64,000 nt of DNA from Eledone cirrhosa (GCA_964016885.1 OZ024758.1:24118001-24182000); one strand, 5' to 3'; positions 18,826 to 37,400 are shown, counted from the stretch's first letter. A program made the numbers and translations. Notes: a model not told the origin generated them from the sequence alone.

Positions 18826-19328
18826 TGTTTCCATGTACACTCGTTTCATTGATTTTAATCTGTTTTTATGTCCCCTTTTTCTGCTTTGTTGCTGGTTTCA
18901 CTTCTAAATAGAAAACCCAATTTAGTGACAATAAAAAACAAAATACAAAAAACCCGGATAAAATCCGTTAATTTCCTAAATGTTTCGTTATCGTTTATAG
19001 CTTTTGGCTAATACTTTTGATACTATCTATAGGCCATATGTTTTAGCAATATAATATCGTAATCATTGTTTCCAGCTGACGTCAAAGATATTTCTAGTGG
19101 ATTATGTGATAATATCAACATGAAATCTCGCCTATAGCAATCAACTGAATCTGTTTAACTCTCCTGTCAAATTTTGATGGATTATACAATTCTAACCAGA
19201 CTTTCATAAAGATATTAATCCATTTATGTTATTTTTTCTTAATGCAGTTTCTGAGTTTATTTTCAATCATTCTTGAGTTAAATAAATAAAAAAAATGTAT
19301 TAATTTATCATCGACAACAGGAGGAAAT

Positions 19329-19372
19329 ATTACTGATGGTGTCACAGATATGTGTGACGAAAGATCTTTGAG
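19329..19372 (+). ncRNA. Degenerate minimal hammerhead (family of 26007)
   Basis: CTGATGG-t-gtcaca-gatatg-tgtgac-GAAA-GATC-TT/tgag. A9 is changed to G. Helix III is palindromic GATC. Confidence 0.6.
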
Positions 19373-21934
19373 AAACTATATTTTTATTTGTAGTTTTTAA
19401 CTGTATTAATTTCTGAATAGCAAGCTATTAGGATAGTCAACAAACAGACATATATATATATATATATACAGCACGTTTTCTATCGAATGGATAGAAGCAA
19501 ACACACACAAGTACACCAGGTCTGAATACAGAGTAGCCGAATTCCCACTGTCATCGCCTCCATCTCTCTCGCCCTCCTCATCTCTCACTATTATGACCAA
19601 ATGGGGTCCCATTTTTATATCTATATTTTTAACTGTTAATCAACCAAGGACAAACATTGATTGCCAGCTGAATTATTTATAGAAATATAAAAATATACTG
19701 AAGCAAAAACCAAACTGGACTAAGTGTGTTTTACTATATTTTTCTGGCAATATTAGAACAACATTATCCTCTCCCAATATAATTTTATCGTCGTTATAAT
19801 TACTAATCCTTACTTATCTGCCACTTTACGGAATTTACTTAGTTTCGCCACAGTAAAGACAGAACTATATTTAGTGTATTTATAGGGACATAAATCTAAA
19901 TAAGAAGTGTTGTATTTGTTTTTATTGACTTCGAAACGACAAAAGCATTGATTTCAACAATATTTGAACTCAACATGAAAAGACATAACCATATAAAACA
20001 ATTCTCCATATCATTTTACGTTCTGGGTTCAAATCCATCCGTGTTCCACTTTGTGGTCGATAAGATAAGTAACATTTAAGTTCTAGAGTAAATGTAATCA
20101 ATTGTTCTTTACTCCCAAATTAGTAGCCATGTGCCTATAACAGAATCTAGAATATTATTCTGCTTCTCAAAACTTGTGTTACGCCATTAACAACCTTAAC
20201 TAGGGAACAAAATCAAAGGCATAATCTAAATATTTAACATAACGAAACAATGCTATCAAGCATCAGAATAAACACAAGGAAATGTTTATAAAATGTGGAA
20301 TTTCCAGGGTTGCGAGATCAATTTCATTTAAAGTAGAATTTTTATTTTTATTTAGAGACTTTTTTAGAAAGTAACACCAAATGAGAGAAAGAGAGAGGGT
20401 GGGGGGTTAGCAGTTTAAACTAGCAAGACCATTATTCAGCAGAATAGTTGATACCTGGAATAGTAGACCGTAATTATAGTAGAGAGTCGAATCCCGACGA
20501 CTGAGCTCTTGCAGTTTCGACAACAAATTTCGGGAAAAACTCAGCCGTCAGAACATATTGCTATCATAAATTATGTAGCATAACCTTAAGTAAACCTGAT
20601 AGTAGATACGTATATTTCTTATTGCAGTCATGTATTCTATAAATATATACATTTCCAATCATGTCACTATTTCTGTTCTAGATCGCCTAAAGGGGAACAG
20701 ATTCTTTCTATACTGAAAACCTTCGTGACCTTTGATAGTTCGTTAGTTTATTTAGCGACATTTTCGAATTTGAATTTCATGATTTTTACTGCAAAATATT
20801 TTTTCTAACAATTTAATTCTTTACATCATGAATGTTTTATATTACGGTTACCTCTAGCTGCCTTTCCTCCCTACTATTGAAGTGTTGTCAACCTTTGTAT
20901 TGTCATACCCTCTAGGGTAAATAAAAAAACATGTATCTTTACTTCGTGTGAGATTCTTCTTTAATCATACTGTGCGTACTTTGTAATAAATTTCTATATA
21001 CATATATCGTTGCACAATATGTGTATTGAACGTTAAAACAATATTTGAGCGGTTTTGTTAGAGATAATCCTTTTGTGAAGTTGCATACAGGAGAAAAAAC
21101 AATTGTTGTACAGAAAAGTCTGTTTACATCTTCCTAATCTAAGTCATTTCTAAAAACTTCAAAATCATCATTCACCTCTTTTACATGCTCACAACCATTA
21201 AAAAATATTGTGCCTAAAGTAACATTCTTAAACTTTATTAATAATCTTTTAAACTTTAAGTAGTTTTAATGATTTTTATTTGGTATATTTTTGTTAATTT
21301 ATAGACAATTACACGAAATATTTTTTTTAATCGACAAGACGTCCTACCCGTTTAAATTTTCAATAAATCAATAAGATGTCCATTCAACCGTCTAAATATC
21401 TCCAATTTGCGCTGATTTTCCATTAGCAGCTACCATTATTAAATTTTAAAGTTTTATATTCGAGGTCTAGGCGGCTAAAAAAAAAAAAAAGATCTTTTAG
21501 AGCCAGGTCAAAGCAATTGAGATGTTGTTTATTGAAATACTGTTTCAATAGGAAGTCTGACTCCACAAATCAAATCTGACAATTGTAATCGTATCCAGTT
21601 CATTTAACACTAACGTTTATTAATGTAATTCTATATAATCAATGTGTGCATATATTCAGACACACAGACACACATATATATATATATATAGTGAAAACTT
21701 GGACGGGAACAAAAACAGAGAGGCAGTACAAATAAAGGTTTATTAGGTTCACGTTCTTGAGAGTGAGGGGGGGGGATATATATAGTATCGTAGTTAATAT
21801 GAAGCATTGTGATAGTAAAAGACCAATAATTTCGTTCAACCAACACTGATTATTGAAACGCGCGTGCGTGCGTGCGTGCGTTGCGTGTGTGTAACTTTGG
21901 CTATGCAAACGAGAGAAACGATATAAGAGTAAAT

Positions 21935-22177
21935 CAGAGCGTCAGACGCCATGCTTTACAGCATAGGAGTTATCACCTTTTACGTTCTGAGTTCAAATCA
22001 CGCGGAGGTTAACTTTGCCTTTCATCCTTACGGGGTCGATAAAATAAAGTACCAGTAATGTACTGGTTTAATTGCTGGCCTTGTGCCAAACGTAGACACA
22101 ATTATTACCAGTAATATTACTGGGGTTGATTTAATCGACTTTTCCCTCCTCCAAAATTGTTGGCCACGTGCCTAAAT
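21935..22177 (+). mobile_element. SINE family 1 copy plus variant tail
   Basis: Consensus match. Confidence 0.85.
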
Positions 22178-22188
22178 CGTCATCGACG

Positions 22189-22223
<35 letters not shown>

Positions 22224-22333
22224 AATTAGTATATCTACTAACATATATATACAGATGCATACTTATGCCAGCAAATATATAGGTTTTGTCTTAGTAACTT
22301 TGTGGTTCAATGCATGGGGATGCAGAACAATAA

Positions 22334-22447
22334 TATGAAAGACGTAAAATAAGAAAATTATAAAAATTAACTTACTTACTAAAAGTTGGAGTGAAATTTT
22401 AGTAAGTAAGTTAATTTTTATAATTTTCTTATTTTACGTCTTTCATA
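22334..22447. repeat. Perfect ~51-bp-arm inverted repeat abutting (TA)n
   Basis: tatgaaagacgtaaaataag...actaaaa / ttttagt...cttattttacgtctttcata. Confidence 0.92.
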
Positions 22448-22448
22448 C

Positions 22449-22488
<40 letters not shown>

Positions 22489-24259
22489 TGTATTGAGTTC
22501 AAAACTCAAGCATTCCTTTACAATGAAATAGCTCAAAGAAAGAAATATTTCTGAGCCGTATAATACAAGTAAATATAAATTAATATATATGATGAAACAC
22601 AAATACCAACATATCTGTGTTTATATTGTAAAAGAAATTAAGTTAGCTAGAATGAAATATACTAATTATAATATTACAGTTTGCCTATCTCGATTTAAAA
22701 TAATAAATCAATAAAAACAAACAGTATTGGCAAATGGCCATGGTGTTTAGACAAATTTAAATTTCAAAATCAAACCTGTTCCGTAGATAAGTTTAAACTT
22801 TAAAATCCAAATATGTTTCGAGATGAATAAGTGTAAGGATATGTCCAGCTCACATCAGTAAACACCCTGAACAAATTGATATGCTTCACTTCTAAATATT
22901 TTAAAAGACTGTTTAACGCACATGGTTTAACACATGGTTTTCCAGTTTCTAGCCAGCCTCATACTCGTACTGCTAGAAATAACAGCCGTATATATGGGGC
23001 TACTATCAGCTCAACGTAAGGAGCAATTATATTAAGTGTATTGAGTTCAAAACTCAAGCATTCCTTTACAATGAAATAGCTCAAAGAAAGAAGTATTTCT
23101 GAGCCGTATAATACAAGTAAATATAAATTAATATATATGATGAAACACAAATACCAACATATCTGTTTATATTGTAAAACAATTATTTTAACTATACTAT
23201 CTCAAGCCAACAAAGGGAACTCTACATGGTCTCTTCATCTGTTAGAAATAGCAGTCAAATATCCCTTAAATCACTTCCTTAAAAAAACAACACGTTGGGT
23301 AATGTGGTCCTGGGCTCCTATGGGTGGAATATATTTGATCTTATATCTACTCAAGGTCTACGTGGGGGGGCTAAATAATAACAACAACATCATCATCAAC
23401 AGCAACAACAACAGCAACAACGTTATTTTTCTTTGGTGTGTAGTTCGTGACATTAACATCTCCAAGCATCGTTGATCATGCTAGCGTTATTTAATTGCAT
23501 TTGCCAGGTTCTATCAGTCTTATGAGGGGTAAAGCGAACGGCAGAGTTCTGCATTCATCAGATACACTAATTTCTCTGTTAAAACAGCCTGTATTAGTAA
23601 TTGCCTGACAAATCATCACACTAAATATCAGCATACATTATCAATTTTGGTGAAGTCTAGAACATTTTATATCCTATCAACTATGGCAATTTCTCGGCGT
23701 AATAGAATTGTCCTATGGTTTCTATATAAATAAAGTCTTTATGCTAATCCACACTTGGCTGCTTCGCTATTGTTAATGAAAATAAACATCACGGCAACAA
23801 AAACATAATGGATGATTTTCTAGAACCCTTTTAGAGTTGTAAAAACACTTACTTGGAATATCTAAAATCTCTTTAAAGAATATCAGAAAGAATCTATCAG
23901 CGTGTTTATTTACAAAAGAAGAAAAGCAATTTTCTTTTTAAAAGATAAACAGATGATGTCGCCTCGTTATCTGATTAGTAAATCGAAAGAACTATCTGAA
24001 AATAGATCAATATTCTCTTTTATTAATTTTTTTCTACGTCTCAATCGCCCTTTTAGTTTAAAAAAAGAAAAAATTGTGTTTATACATTTAACAAACTGAA
24101 GAATTTCCACAGAGGAATCAATTGGTAGGAAAAATATCGATTTAAAAATTAAATGTCAATTTCATTTCTCTTATTTTTTTTTATTTTCGTTTCTTTAGCA
24201 TTCAATTATTCTTGTATCGTATGCCATAAGAAACTGTAGCAGCTGAAGTACAATCATCT

Positions 24260-25580
24260 GACAACGTCTTGCAAGGCGGACACCCTTGTACCGTAGTATT
24301 TGTCACACACCTGCACTACGTCCTTCGCACATTAATCGACAACATTTTAAGAACCTTGTTTCATTCTATGAAAATCCACCTCTTCTCGTTATCCAGCCAC
24401 AACAAAAGCAGAAGTAAATTACCCTGATAATATCACCCTCTTTGCGGACACCATATTATAAGCTACACCGTCCTACACAACCTTGAAAACAATGACAGAA
24501 GATCTTTATGTCAATACATATTTGTTATAATAAGGTTGATGTTAGTGGTAGGGAGCCCAATACGCACAATTATACAAAACCTAAAATTTGTAGAATCCTT
24601 TGAACACTTAGGAAGCAATGTTGCAACCACAGAAAAGTATGTAAACATTCGTCTTTACTAAAGCATGGACTGTTCTTGATGGCCTCGGTTTCCCCTGGAA
24701 CACATTCATCCCTATCAGAGGAGTTTCTTTCGTGCCACTATTAAATCAATTCTTTTGTACGGTCACTTTATGTCAGCTCACTCTTGAGTGTTACTGGTAG
24801 CATGTAACTCAGTACCGGCAACGCCACCAAGTTTACTTGGTGAGGAAGGGGATTTTGGACACCCTGCAGGATAAAAAACAAAACCTGACAAATGAGGGAA
24901 GAACTCAAGAGTCAACGGCCATCGAAAAAAAAATATGTATCCTGCCAAATCAATGGGTGGCAGTAGTTCCAGCTGCACGCATCGAAAGACTGGTGTAGTG
25001 GTTCTGAGAGCAATGTGGCTTTGCAGATGATCAATGCAAATTGACAATGGAAAGACGCTCCCGCTTGAGTTAGAAGAGAACTATCGACCTTCAGGAGAAG
25101 CTGCGACCTCCGATTGTATTCAGCAACCGAAACAAATATGAAGTACACCAAATCCAATGCTCCTAGGGGGAGCCCTGGTTCTTCTTATTTGCGAGTGTAA
25201 ACTCAGCCAGATTAGATTAGATTTAGTACGAGTATATTGCTTGAACATTCACGAAATTCCTGGAAGATAGGCTTGATGGCGCTGACACCCGTAACAAGCC
25301 ATTTTCAATATCTCCTGAAAAGAGCATCCCAACAAACAGGCAATGTTTCTGAAATCACTGATCTCATTAGAAAGTAATGTGTGTGTTTTGCAGGTCATTG
25401 CTGGAGAGCTACGTAAGACCTCATTAGTGATATTCTCCTATGTACACCTCGACGTGTATATATACACGGATCGATCGTCTAACAAAAAGACATTCATCGA
25501 TTAGTTCTGTTCGAATACGCGGGGCTGTGATGGGTGGCGTGATTGAGTTAGACAAATCCGAGCAAGCTGAATCAGATGAG
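24260..25580 (+). mobile_element. Highly decayed, interrupted RTE-like LINE remnant
   Basis: YPDNITLFADT (YADD-like), attaaatcaattcttttgtacgg (IKSILLYG) and FAGHCW-like segments. Confidence 0.55.
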
Positions 25581-26006
25581 AAGAGACAAAAATAAAGAAA
25601 TAAAACGAAACGAAAGTATCACAACTTCAGCTTGTTAATGGACCGCTCCTATTTTTTCATCTCCGAAAACTAACTTTGATTCCCATAAACTTGATATTGA
25701 AGTTGGGGGTCCTATTTTGAGAGAGACCAGAGTTTTGTGTTGATCTGAGTTAAATAAATGTCTCTTTCTCTCTGATAAAAGTCTCAAAACTTCTTGAGTG
25801 CACCTCATATTTACGTTGTATTTGCAATAGAGACTGATATTCCTACTGCAAGGTGACGCGCATTGTTATACAATATTTTATAAAGCGCTGAATTGTGTCC
25901 CCTCATAGTACATGTTTGTAGATAGGAGAGTACCAATGAGAGTTAAGTCTCTTTGCCATGGAATCAGTAAAGCTGTGATAAGGGAGAAACAAAGAAAGGA
26001 ATCCCC

Positions 26007-26051
26007 AGTCACTGAAGAGGTCACAGAGTGTGTGACGAAAGAACTATGACT
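26007..26051 (+). ncRNA. Minimal type I hammerhead ribozyme
   Basis: agtca-CTGAAGA-g-gtcaca-gagtg-tgtgac-GAAA-gaac-TA/tgact. Stems I and II are perfect. Confidence 0.85.
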
Positions 26052-26241
26052 ATATATAAACAACTATCTGGTTGTGGAACCAACCAGCCAACCAGAAATT
26101 TATAAATATATAATAAATTGAAGTGAAAGCAACTGGTGCGTGTGTTTCTTATTGGCAACATGACCCTCCCAAAGTATAACAATATCGGTTTCAACACACG
26201 ATTTCAGATAAAGAATCTTGCTAAACAAATTCAGAAACGAA

Positions 26242-26297
<56 letters not shown>

Positions 26298-26301
<4 letters not shown>

Positions 26302-27189
26302 ATCCATAACAAAAAAATAGAAACAGACATATACTACAAGCCCACAGACTCCAAGCAATATCTCCCCTTCAACTCTTGCCACCCTAGACACGTTAAAATT
26401 AATATTCCCTACAACTTAGCCAAGAGAATCTGTACTATAGTCTCCAATAAAAACATCTGCTACTTACGGCTACAAGAACTAAAGGACACACTCATAGGCA
26501 GGGACTACCCTGCATCACTAATTGACAATGGAATCCAACGTGCCCTAAAACTCAGTACCCAGGACCTTAGACACCCTAAAGTAAATCAACCAAAACTAAA
26601 AGCTCTTCCATACATCTCCACACACAACCCCCTCAACAATGAGGCCTTTGACACCATCCTCCAGAACATCCCTGTATTGAAAAAGGACCATAGAATGAAC
26701 CAAATTCTACGAACACACGATATCATAAAGAGCAAAAGACAATCCAAGTCAATGGAAAACATCTTAACACATGCCAAAGTACTGCCAACCACAACAACGA
26801 AACCCACAGTAAAAAAATGCGATAGACCCAACTGTGGCATTTGCATCAACCTAATAGAGGGTTCGGAATTCTATTTCAAAGATGGACAACGTTTTATAGT
26901 AAAACACAATTTCACATGTGCATCGGAAAATCTAATATATGTATTAACTTGTTCAGGTTGTCGAGAACAATACATAGGCAAGACCAAAACCAGACTCCGC
27001 CAACGCATGACTGTCCATAGATCCCAAATTAAAATACGGGAATACAGGAAAATACCACTGAGTGAACACATTGATACCTGTGCCGCCCAAAATCATCCCA
27101 ACTTCAGAATCTTTCCCCTCTACAAATTTAAAGATAATGCCACCCACACCCAGCGCATCAGCAAGGAATCTTACTTCATTAACAAATAA
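26298..27189 (+). mobile_element. Penelope-like element 3' fragment: RT thumb, Cys-rich linker and GIY-YIG endonuclease (Neptune-like)
   Basis: TDIYYKPTDSKQYL...HPRHVKINIPY, KKCDRPNCGIC, and NLIYVLTCSGCREQYIGKT...LRQRMTVH. 5'-truncated at (TA)n. Confidence 0.93.
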
Positions 27190-27319
27190 AACTTAAAAAC
27201 TTAAAACCATAACTGAATACTGACCCATACAATCACTAATACTTTTTTATTCCTAATTAAACCATTTTTCAACTGTGAACAATTTGTCAGCATTTTCTAT
27301 TCCGTTTACCAATATATAA

Positions 27320-31541
<4,222 letters not shown>

Positions 31542-31616
31542 AATCAACCTCTTCAAATGCAAGTCGATGTTGTTACGGTATGTCGAATCTATTTATCTAT
31601 AAAACTGTTTATATTG

Positions 31617-31682
31617 TATTTTGTCTGAGGAAGGCATAGCATATTGTTAATATGATATCCCTGAAATATATATAATGAAATA
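31617..31682 (+). ncRNA. Type I hammerhead, probable pLTR ribozyme of the upstream Penelope-like element
   Basis: tattttgt-CTGAGGA-aggCatagcatatt-gtt-aatatgatatCcct-GAAA-tatata-TA/atgaaata. Same strand as the GIY-YIG ORF. Confidence 0.85.
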
Positions 31683-31813
31683 AATATGGTTTTATAAATA
31701 TAGTTTCCATTTATTTAATATTGTAAATATACTCCAAATATTTGTCGAGTGCTTTTATATCAGTTATAAATATTTACTAGTTGTAACCCAACAATTTTAA
31801 ATATAAAATATAT

Positions 31814-31844
<31 letters not shown>

Positions 31845-31918
31845 ATATATATATATATAAACAATTAAACAAAAGTGAGTTACAAACGAAACGAAATTTA
31901 ATTTCGTTTCGTTATTTG

Positions 31919-32000
<82 letters not shown>

Positions 32001-32003
<3 letters not shown>

Positions 32004-32213
32004 CGTGTGGCTGAGTGGTTAGAAATTTGGATTCACAATCTTGAGATTGTGAGTTCGATTCCTGGACCGGGCAATGCGTTATGTCCTTGAGCAAGACACT
32101 TTATTTCACGTTGCTCCTTCTACCTGGAGTTGCGACCGATAGATAGTATTAGCAATTGGAAAGACCAACGGAAACATTGTTCCCTCGGTCCGAATTGACG
32201 AAAGTCGATCGAT
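32001..32213 (+). mobile_element. tRNA-derived SINE family 2 with CORE/Meta-like central domain
   Basis: A box TGGCTGAGTGG, B box GTTCGATTCC, then GTCCTTGAGCAAGACACTT. Near-identical copy at 60534-60750 and decayed copy at ~52560-52720. Confidence 0.85.
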
Positions 32214-32476
32214 TAAAAATATATATATATATATATAAGTAGAAGGGATATTTAATTTGTTGGAAATACAACAAATATAAATGTTTATAACAGATTCAGA
32301 GCACCCGACAGAATTCTGGAGTAAATAGTCAATGATATTAAATAAATGGAAACTATATTAATAAAACCATATTTATTCTATTATATATATTTCACGTCCC
32401 TTTCCAGGGATAACTTGAACTGTTAAGGTATATTATCCTTGGTTATGTCAAATATTTATAAAACATTTTGTATTTG

Positions 32477-32537
32477 TATTTTATCTGATGATAGCGTACC
32501 AAAATGTTGGTAACCTTGAAATAAATATAATAGAATA
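32477..32537 (+). ncRNA. Type I hammerhead ribozyme with slightly decayed stems
   Basis: tattttat-CTGATGA-tagCgtaccaa..ttggtaaCctt-GAAA-taaata-TA/atagaata. An inverted 3'-half copy lies at ~32330-32393. Confidence 0.78.
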
Positions 32538-32600
32538 AATATGGTTTTATAAATATAGTTTCCATTTATTTAATATCATTATAGAGAGAGAGAGAGAGAG

Positions 32601-32892
32601 AAAAAGATGAAATCGAAAATGCAACTGGAGTCTTATTTAAGAAAATATATATATATTTATTTGGTTCCTTTACCGGTTTCGCAGTTCTTCTGCTTTTCAA
32701 AAGTAGAGTTGAGATGGAGTGTCTGTGGTATTTCTCACATCATTTTTCTCAGATGTGAGAAAAACCAGAGACCCTCCATCTCAACTCTACTTTTGAAAAG
32801 CAGAAGAACTGAGAAACCGGTAAAGGAACCAAATAAATATATATCTTTTTTTTAAAATAAGACTCCAGTTGCATTTTTGATTTCATCTTTTT
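32601..32892. repeat. ~290-bp palindrome carrying GAAA-CCGG-TA hammerhead 3' halves on both arms
   Basis: Arms are near-perfect with an imperfect central hairpin. A related single arm lies at ~48535-48620. Confidence 0.88.
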
Positions 32893-32957
32893 TTCTTTAT
32901 ATTTTCACTCGTGCAGGACACCTCGGTTATTTTTCATTTTGTAAAAAAAAACCTCAC

Positions 32958-32995
<38 letters not shown>

Positions 32996-33476
32996 CCATA
33001 ACTCCTGATAGAGTCGTTTCTTAGGTATTTTAAGCATGGCTGAGCCCATCGTTCTCCAGTTCTGAGTACAGTATATTTCTTTCAGGGATTCAGGGAAAGA
33101 TAGAGAGAGAGAAAGAGAGAGAGAGAAAGGAAATGAAAAAGAAATATAGAGGAAGAATCGACCCTAGTACTAGACTGGTACTTTTTTATCGACCTCGAAA
33201 TGATTAAAGGCAACGTTGACCTCGGCGGGATTTGAACTCCGAGAGCAGAGAACCGGAGGGAATACCATAAAGCATTCTATCCAACGTTCTAACGATTGGA
33301 TAACAAATAATCGACTATACTCAGTTATACAACAAATACCTTCTACACTTCGTCTGGAGGGGCTTTCGAATAATAGAATTATGTGTAAAAAAGAATCATC
33401 ACGACAATCACCGTATATTCTTTTAATTGAATCCTCTATCTCCATTTTAAATTCACTGAGACTACTCAAGCCATAA

Positions 33477-34321
33477 TCTATCTATATATATAAAACTGTG
33501 GTTGTCTGTCTGTCTATCGATTTTTGGCACACATCTCCTCTTAGAATCTCTCACGGAATTGCACCGAAATTGCTATACTTGTACATTGAGCCCTAGCGAA
33601 GACATCGGGAAAAAAATATTTCAAATTGACCCACCCTATGTGACGAAATCAAATATAATGTATCGATTTTTTAGCGTAAGTTATCAGTTATTTCCCTTTG
33701 TTCTGTTTACATTGAGCGTCTTACGTAAAAAATTACGCTGGCTTTCTCAGCGTTTAAAATGACATTAACACAATACACGAACGAACAGTTGTCGAGCCAG
33801 CAAAATATTGACCTGCAAAATTCATCAGTTCGAACACTAAGCTTCCGTTTTGCTTCATTTCCATTTAAAAGCATTTTAAAACAATATTTTTACTTGAAAA
33901 CAAGTCTATTTAAAGACTACGTAAAACAAGCAAATATTTCGTCGTTAGGCGTGCAGACAGACAGTCGTGCAGACAGACAGTCGTGCAGAGAGGTGATATA
34001 GGCGTGCAGACATACATAACTGATAATTTGGTTACGCTAATGTTTTTCTCTGCGTTGCAGTGTTTACATTTTCGATCTTTGTTAATAAATAACCAGTGCA
34101 GTTTCTATCCCCAGCATCCTCTTTTGTTATAACAATCGGGTTATCGTTATGTTTTCTTAACTTCATAAGGCATATTGTTGGTTGAGGGAATATTAATCAA
34201 AAACACCACATGCAAGTCTGCACAGTAGACACTACAGTTTTTAAGCCAAGAAAGAAACTTAACATTGTAACTTTAACACAGCTACTGAGCGACCCCGAGC
34301 AACGCTGGGCTTTACTGCTAG
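33477..34321 (+). mobile_element. Non-autonomous Helitron
   Basis: 5' TCTATCTATATATATAAAA...TGTCTGTCTG, 3' hairpin cccgagcaacgctggg followed by CTAG. Inserted between A and T. Confidence 0.7.
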
Positions 34322-34719
34322 TAATGAATAAACGTATAACATAAGTATTTAAAGTGATTATACAGTACTGTATTACTTTCTCACTTAAAAGCTTTATATA
34401 CATAGTATTTTTATATATTATTTTGTATTGTTAGAAATAATCCATTTAATGTTCAATTCATGACAGCCATTTTAAAACAGACACTTTTTATGCTATCCTA
34501 ATGTATCTGACTTAAATATTTATGGTCTCAAGTTAACTTAGGCATTCAACTATCAGTGAGCAACAAACAGTTGTTTTCTTAACTCCTGTTTTCTTTGCTG
34601 ACCTTATCTTTCGCTGTCATTTGAAAATGGATTTAATGGTACACTTAAATGTAATTTTTAACTTAGATTTGATAATACTTGATCTTTCAAGAAGAGAAAA
34701 TCAAAAGAAACTACCAATA

Positions 34720-35910
34720 TGGTCGAATTCAAATACCGCTGAGGTTAGCTTTGCTTTTCATTCTTACGAAGTGGATAAAATAAAACATCAGTATTGCATT
34801 GGGATCGATATAATAGAGCCCCCCCCCCCCCCCACCACCACCACCACCACCACCACCATATTGCTGGCCTTGTGCCTATAGTAAGAAATCATTATTTATG
34901 TAGCTAATGTAAATATCTATTATTTATATAGCAAATGTAAATTTTATTATTTAGCTAATGTAAATTTCTATTATTTATATAGCAAGGGTGGTGGATTGGC
35001 AGTATCGGTAGAGTCTCGGATGCCATGCTTTCCAGCATAGTTACGTCCCTTTGCGATCTGAGTTCAAATCCCGCCGAGGTTGACTTTGCCTTTCATCCTT
35101 ACGGGGTCGATAAAATAAAGTACCAGTAATGCACTGGTAATTTGCTGGCCTTGTGCCTAAAGTAGAAACAATTATTTATATAGCAAATGTAAATTTTATT
35201 ATTTAGCTAATGTAAATTTCTATTATTTATGTAGCTAATGAAATTTACTGTACATACGAGATATGTCTCAAAATTCTTGAGAACGTCATCTAGATCATGT
35301 GATCTCGTCAAATATATAAACTTGGTTCTATTTTTCTCAATAGGTTCTATTTTAAGTACAGCAAAACTGAGAGAGGTGAGTTTCATGCACGAGTAACACG
35401 CCGTAGTGTAAAGACTGAACACGAATTTATGACCTGATTCTTGAGAGCTGGAGTTTTATCAACTTAACTATCTTAGATACTTCACTCTTTAATCACCTAC
35501 AACTATTATAAAGCTGAGGGCGGTGGATTGGCAGTATTGGTGGAGGGTCGGACGCCATGCTTTCCAGCATAGTTACGTCCCTTTACGATCCGAGTTCAAA
35601 TCCCGCCGAGGTTGACTTTGCCTTTCATCCTTACGGGGTCGATAAAATAAAGTACCAGTAATGTACTGGGATAATTGCTGGCCTTGTGCCTAAAGTAGGA
35701 ACAATTATCTATAAAAGGCAGGGCGGTGGATTGGCAGTATCGGTAGAGGGTCGGACGCCATGCTTTCCAGCATAGTTACGTCCCTTTACGATCCGAGTTC
35801 AAATCCCGCCGAGGTTGACTTTGCCTTTCATCCTTACGGGGTCGATAAAATAAAGTACCAGTAATGCACTGGGTAATCGCTGGCCTTGTGCCTAAAGTAG
35901 AAACAATTAT
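34720..35910 (+). mobile_element. SINE family 1 cluster: 34720-34880 (old), 34986-35175, 35518-35708, 35720-35910
   Basis: Near-identical ~190-bp copies with A and B boxes and a Nin/Deu-like core (GCCTTTCATCCTTACGGGGTCGATAAAATAAAGTACC). Confidence 0.92.
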
Positions 35911-36568
35911 AAAGTTGAACCAACGAAGGGGTAGTTACATAGTTTCTCGGTCTACTAAACATATCTAGAAATCTTCACACTACCATCCAACACTCTTAAA
36001 AGAGAAGAAATGCATTTACTATTATAGTTTCCCAAGTATGAAAGGGAAAACGAAATAGTTAAGCCTGGATAACATTTGACAAAAAGTATGATTCATAAGA
36101 ACTGACCTGAAACCAAACAACAAAAATAACTTTAATAAAATCTGAACTTATATTACAATTACAAGCAGAAAAACCACCCTTCAGGTGGTTTTCTGCTAGC
36201 ATGTGTAGTGTGCATATTGATATTATACGCAGGTATATATACATGTAGATATGATACATCAAATAAAATCGTAATTGAGAATATGCACAGAAATTGATGA
36301 GAGACTGGGTTATGCTGTCTTATGTAAGTAAAGTAGTCCATGATACATTTAAAAAATACGATATTATATATAAACTGCATTACGGTGAAATGTAATAAAA
36401 ATGAAAAAGGAGAACATTAGCAACAGAAATATATCATAACCGGAAGTGTTGACATTTGAAAATTTTAAAAGAAGTGAATCTTAAAATAAGCAATCATTAT
36501 ATTTAAGAATATTTATGTTTAATCAACAGCTACGAAATTATGTACACAAATTATGTAATATTCATTCA

Positions 36569-36846
36569 TTATTTATTCCTAGGGGTCGATAAAATAAAGT
36601 ACCAGTAATGTACTGGGTAATTGCTGGCCTTGTACCTAAAGTAGAAACAATTATTTATTCCTAGGGGTCGATAAAATAAAGTACCAGTAATGTACTGGTA
36701 ATTTGCTGGCCTTGTGCCTAAAGTAGAAACAATTATTTATTCCTAGGTTAACTTTGCCTTTCATCCTTACGGGGTCGATAAAATAAAATACCAGTAATAC
36801 ACTGGGATCATTGTTGGCCTTGTGACAAAAGTAGAAACAATTATTT
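36569..36846 (+). repeat. Tandem triplication of SINE 3' halves joined by TTATTTATTCCTAGG
   Basis: Three units seen directly. Confidence 0.85.
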
Positions 36847-36949
36847 GTTCAAAGCAATTCAAACTTATTTTACGAACGAGATAAAAAAATATATTCAGGA
36901 CACAGTCCCGCACTCCTCCCTTTATTATATTATGATTTCAAAGCGATTA

Positions 36950-37400
36950 TTTTGGTACTGACTGTGTACCAAAATCTAGGCTTCTTCAAAGCCAGAAAAT
37001 ACTTTAGCAAACCTCAACAACTGATCGTCATTTACTAACCTCTTGTTAGACCCATGGTGGAATACTTCTCTCACATGAGATGGGGTGAGAGGATGTTACT
37101 GCTACACAGAAAGGTATGTTAGACCACATAAAAAGAAAGGTGTCACAACTGACTGGCAAGAAAGCATTCAAATAGTGTGCTTTTCCTACCACCATTTGTG
37201 GTCTCTGCTCGTCAGAACTGATTGATCTCGTACCAGATACTCCTAACCCATTTGTAATGTCACCAGGCAGCCATGTTGGGCTCCACCTCTGGGCATGACA
37301 CTAATCTCTAGTCTCAACCCTTCCTTCCATTCTTCCTAGAATGTCGTTTCACAGGAATTCCTTCTCTGCAGCCATCGACTGACAAATATTCAAGTGAAAT
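36950..37400 (+). mobile_element. Decayed CR1/L2-type LINE 3' remnant
   Basis: cttgttagacccatggtggaatacttctctcac translates to LVRPMVEYFSH, resembling the LIRPxLEY motif. Confidence 0.45.

Noticed and set aside
32001-32070. Possible tRNA genes (also 60534-60605 and SINE family 1 heads)
   Set aside because: A and B boxes run into SINE bodies, and there is no proper cloverleaf.
36164-36198. Hairpin resembling a bacterial intrinsic terminator
   Set aside because: Eukaryotic repeat context with no associated gene.
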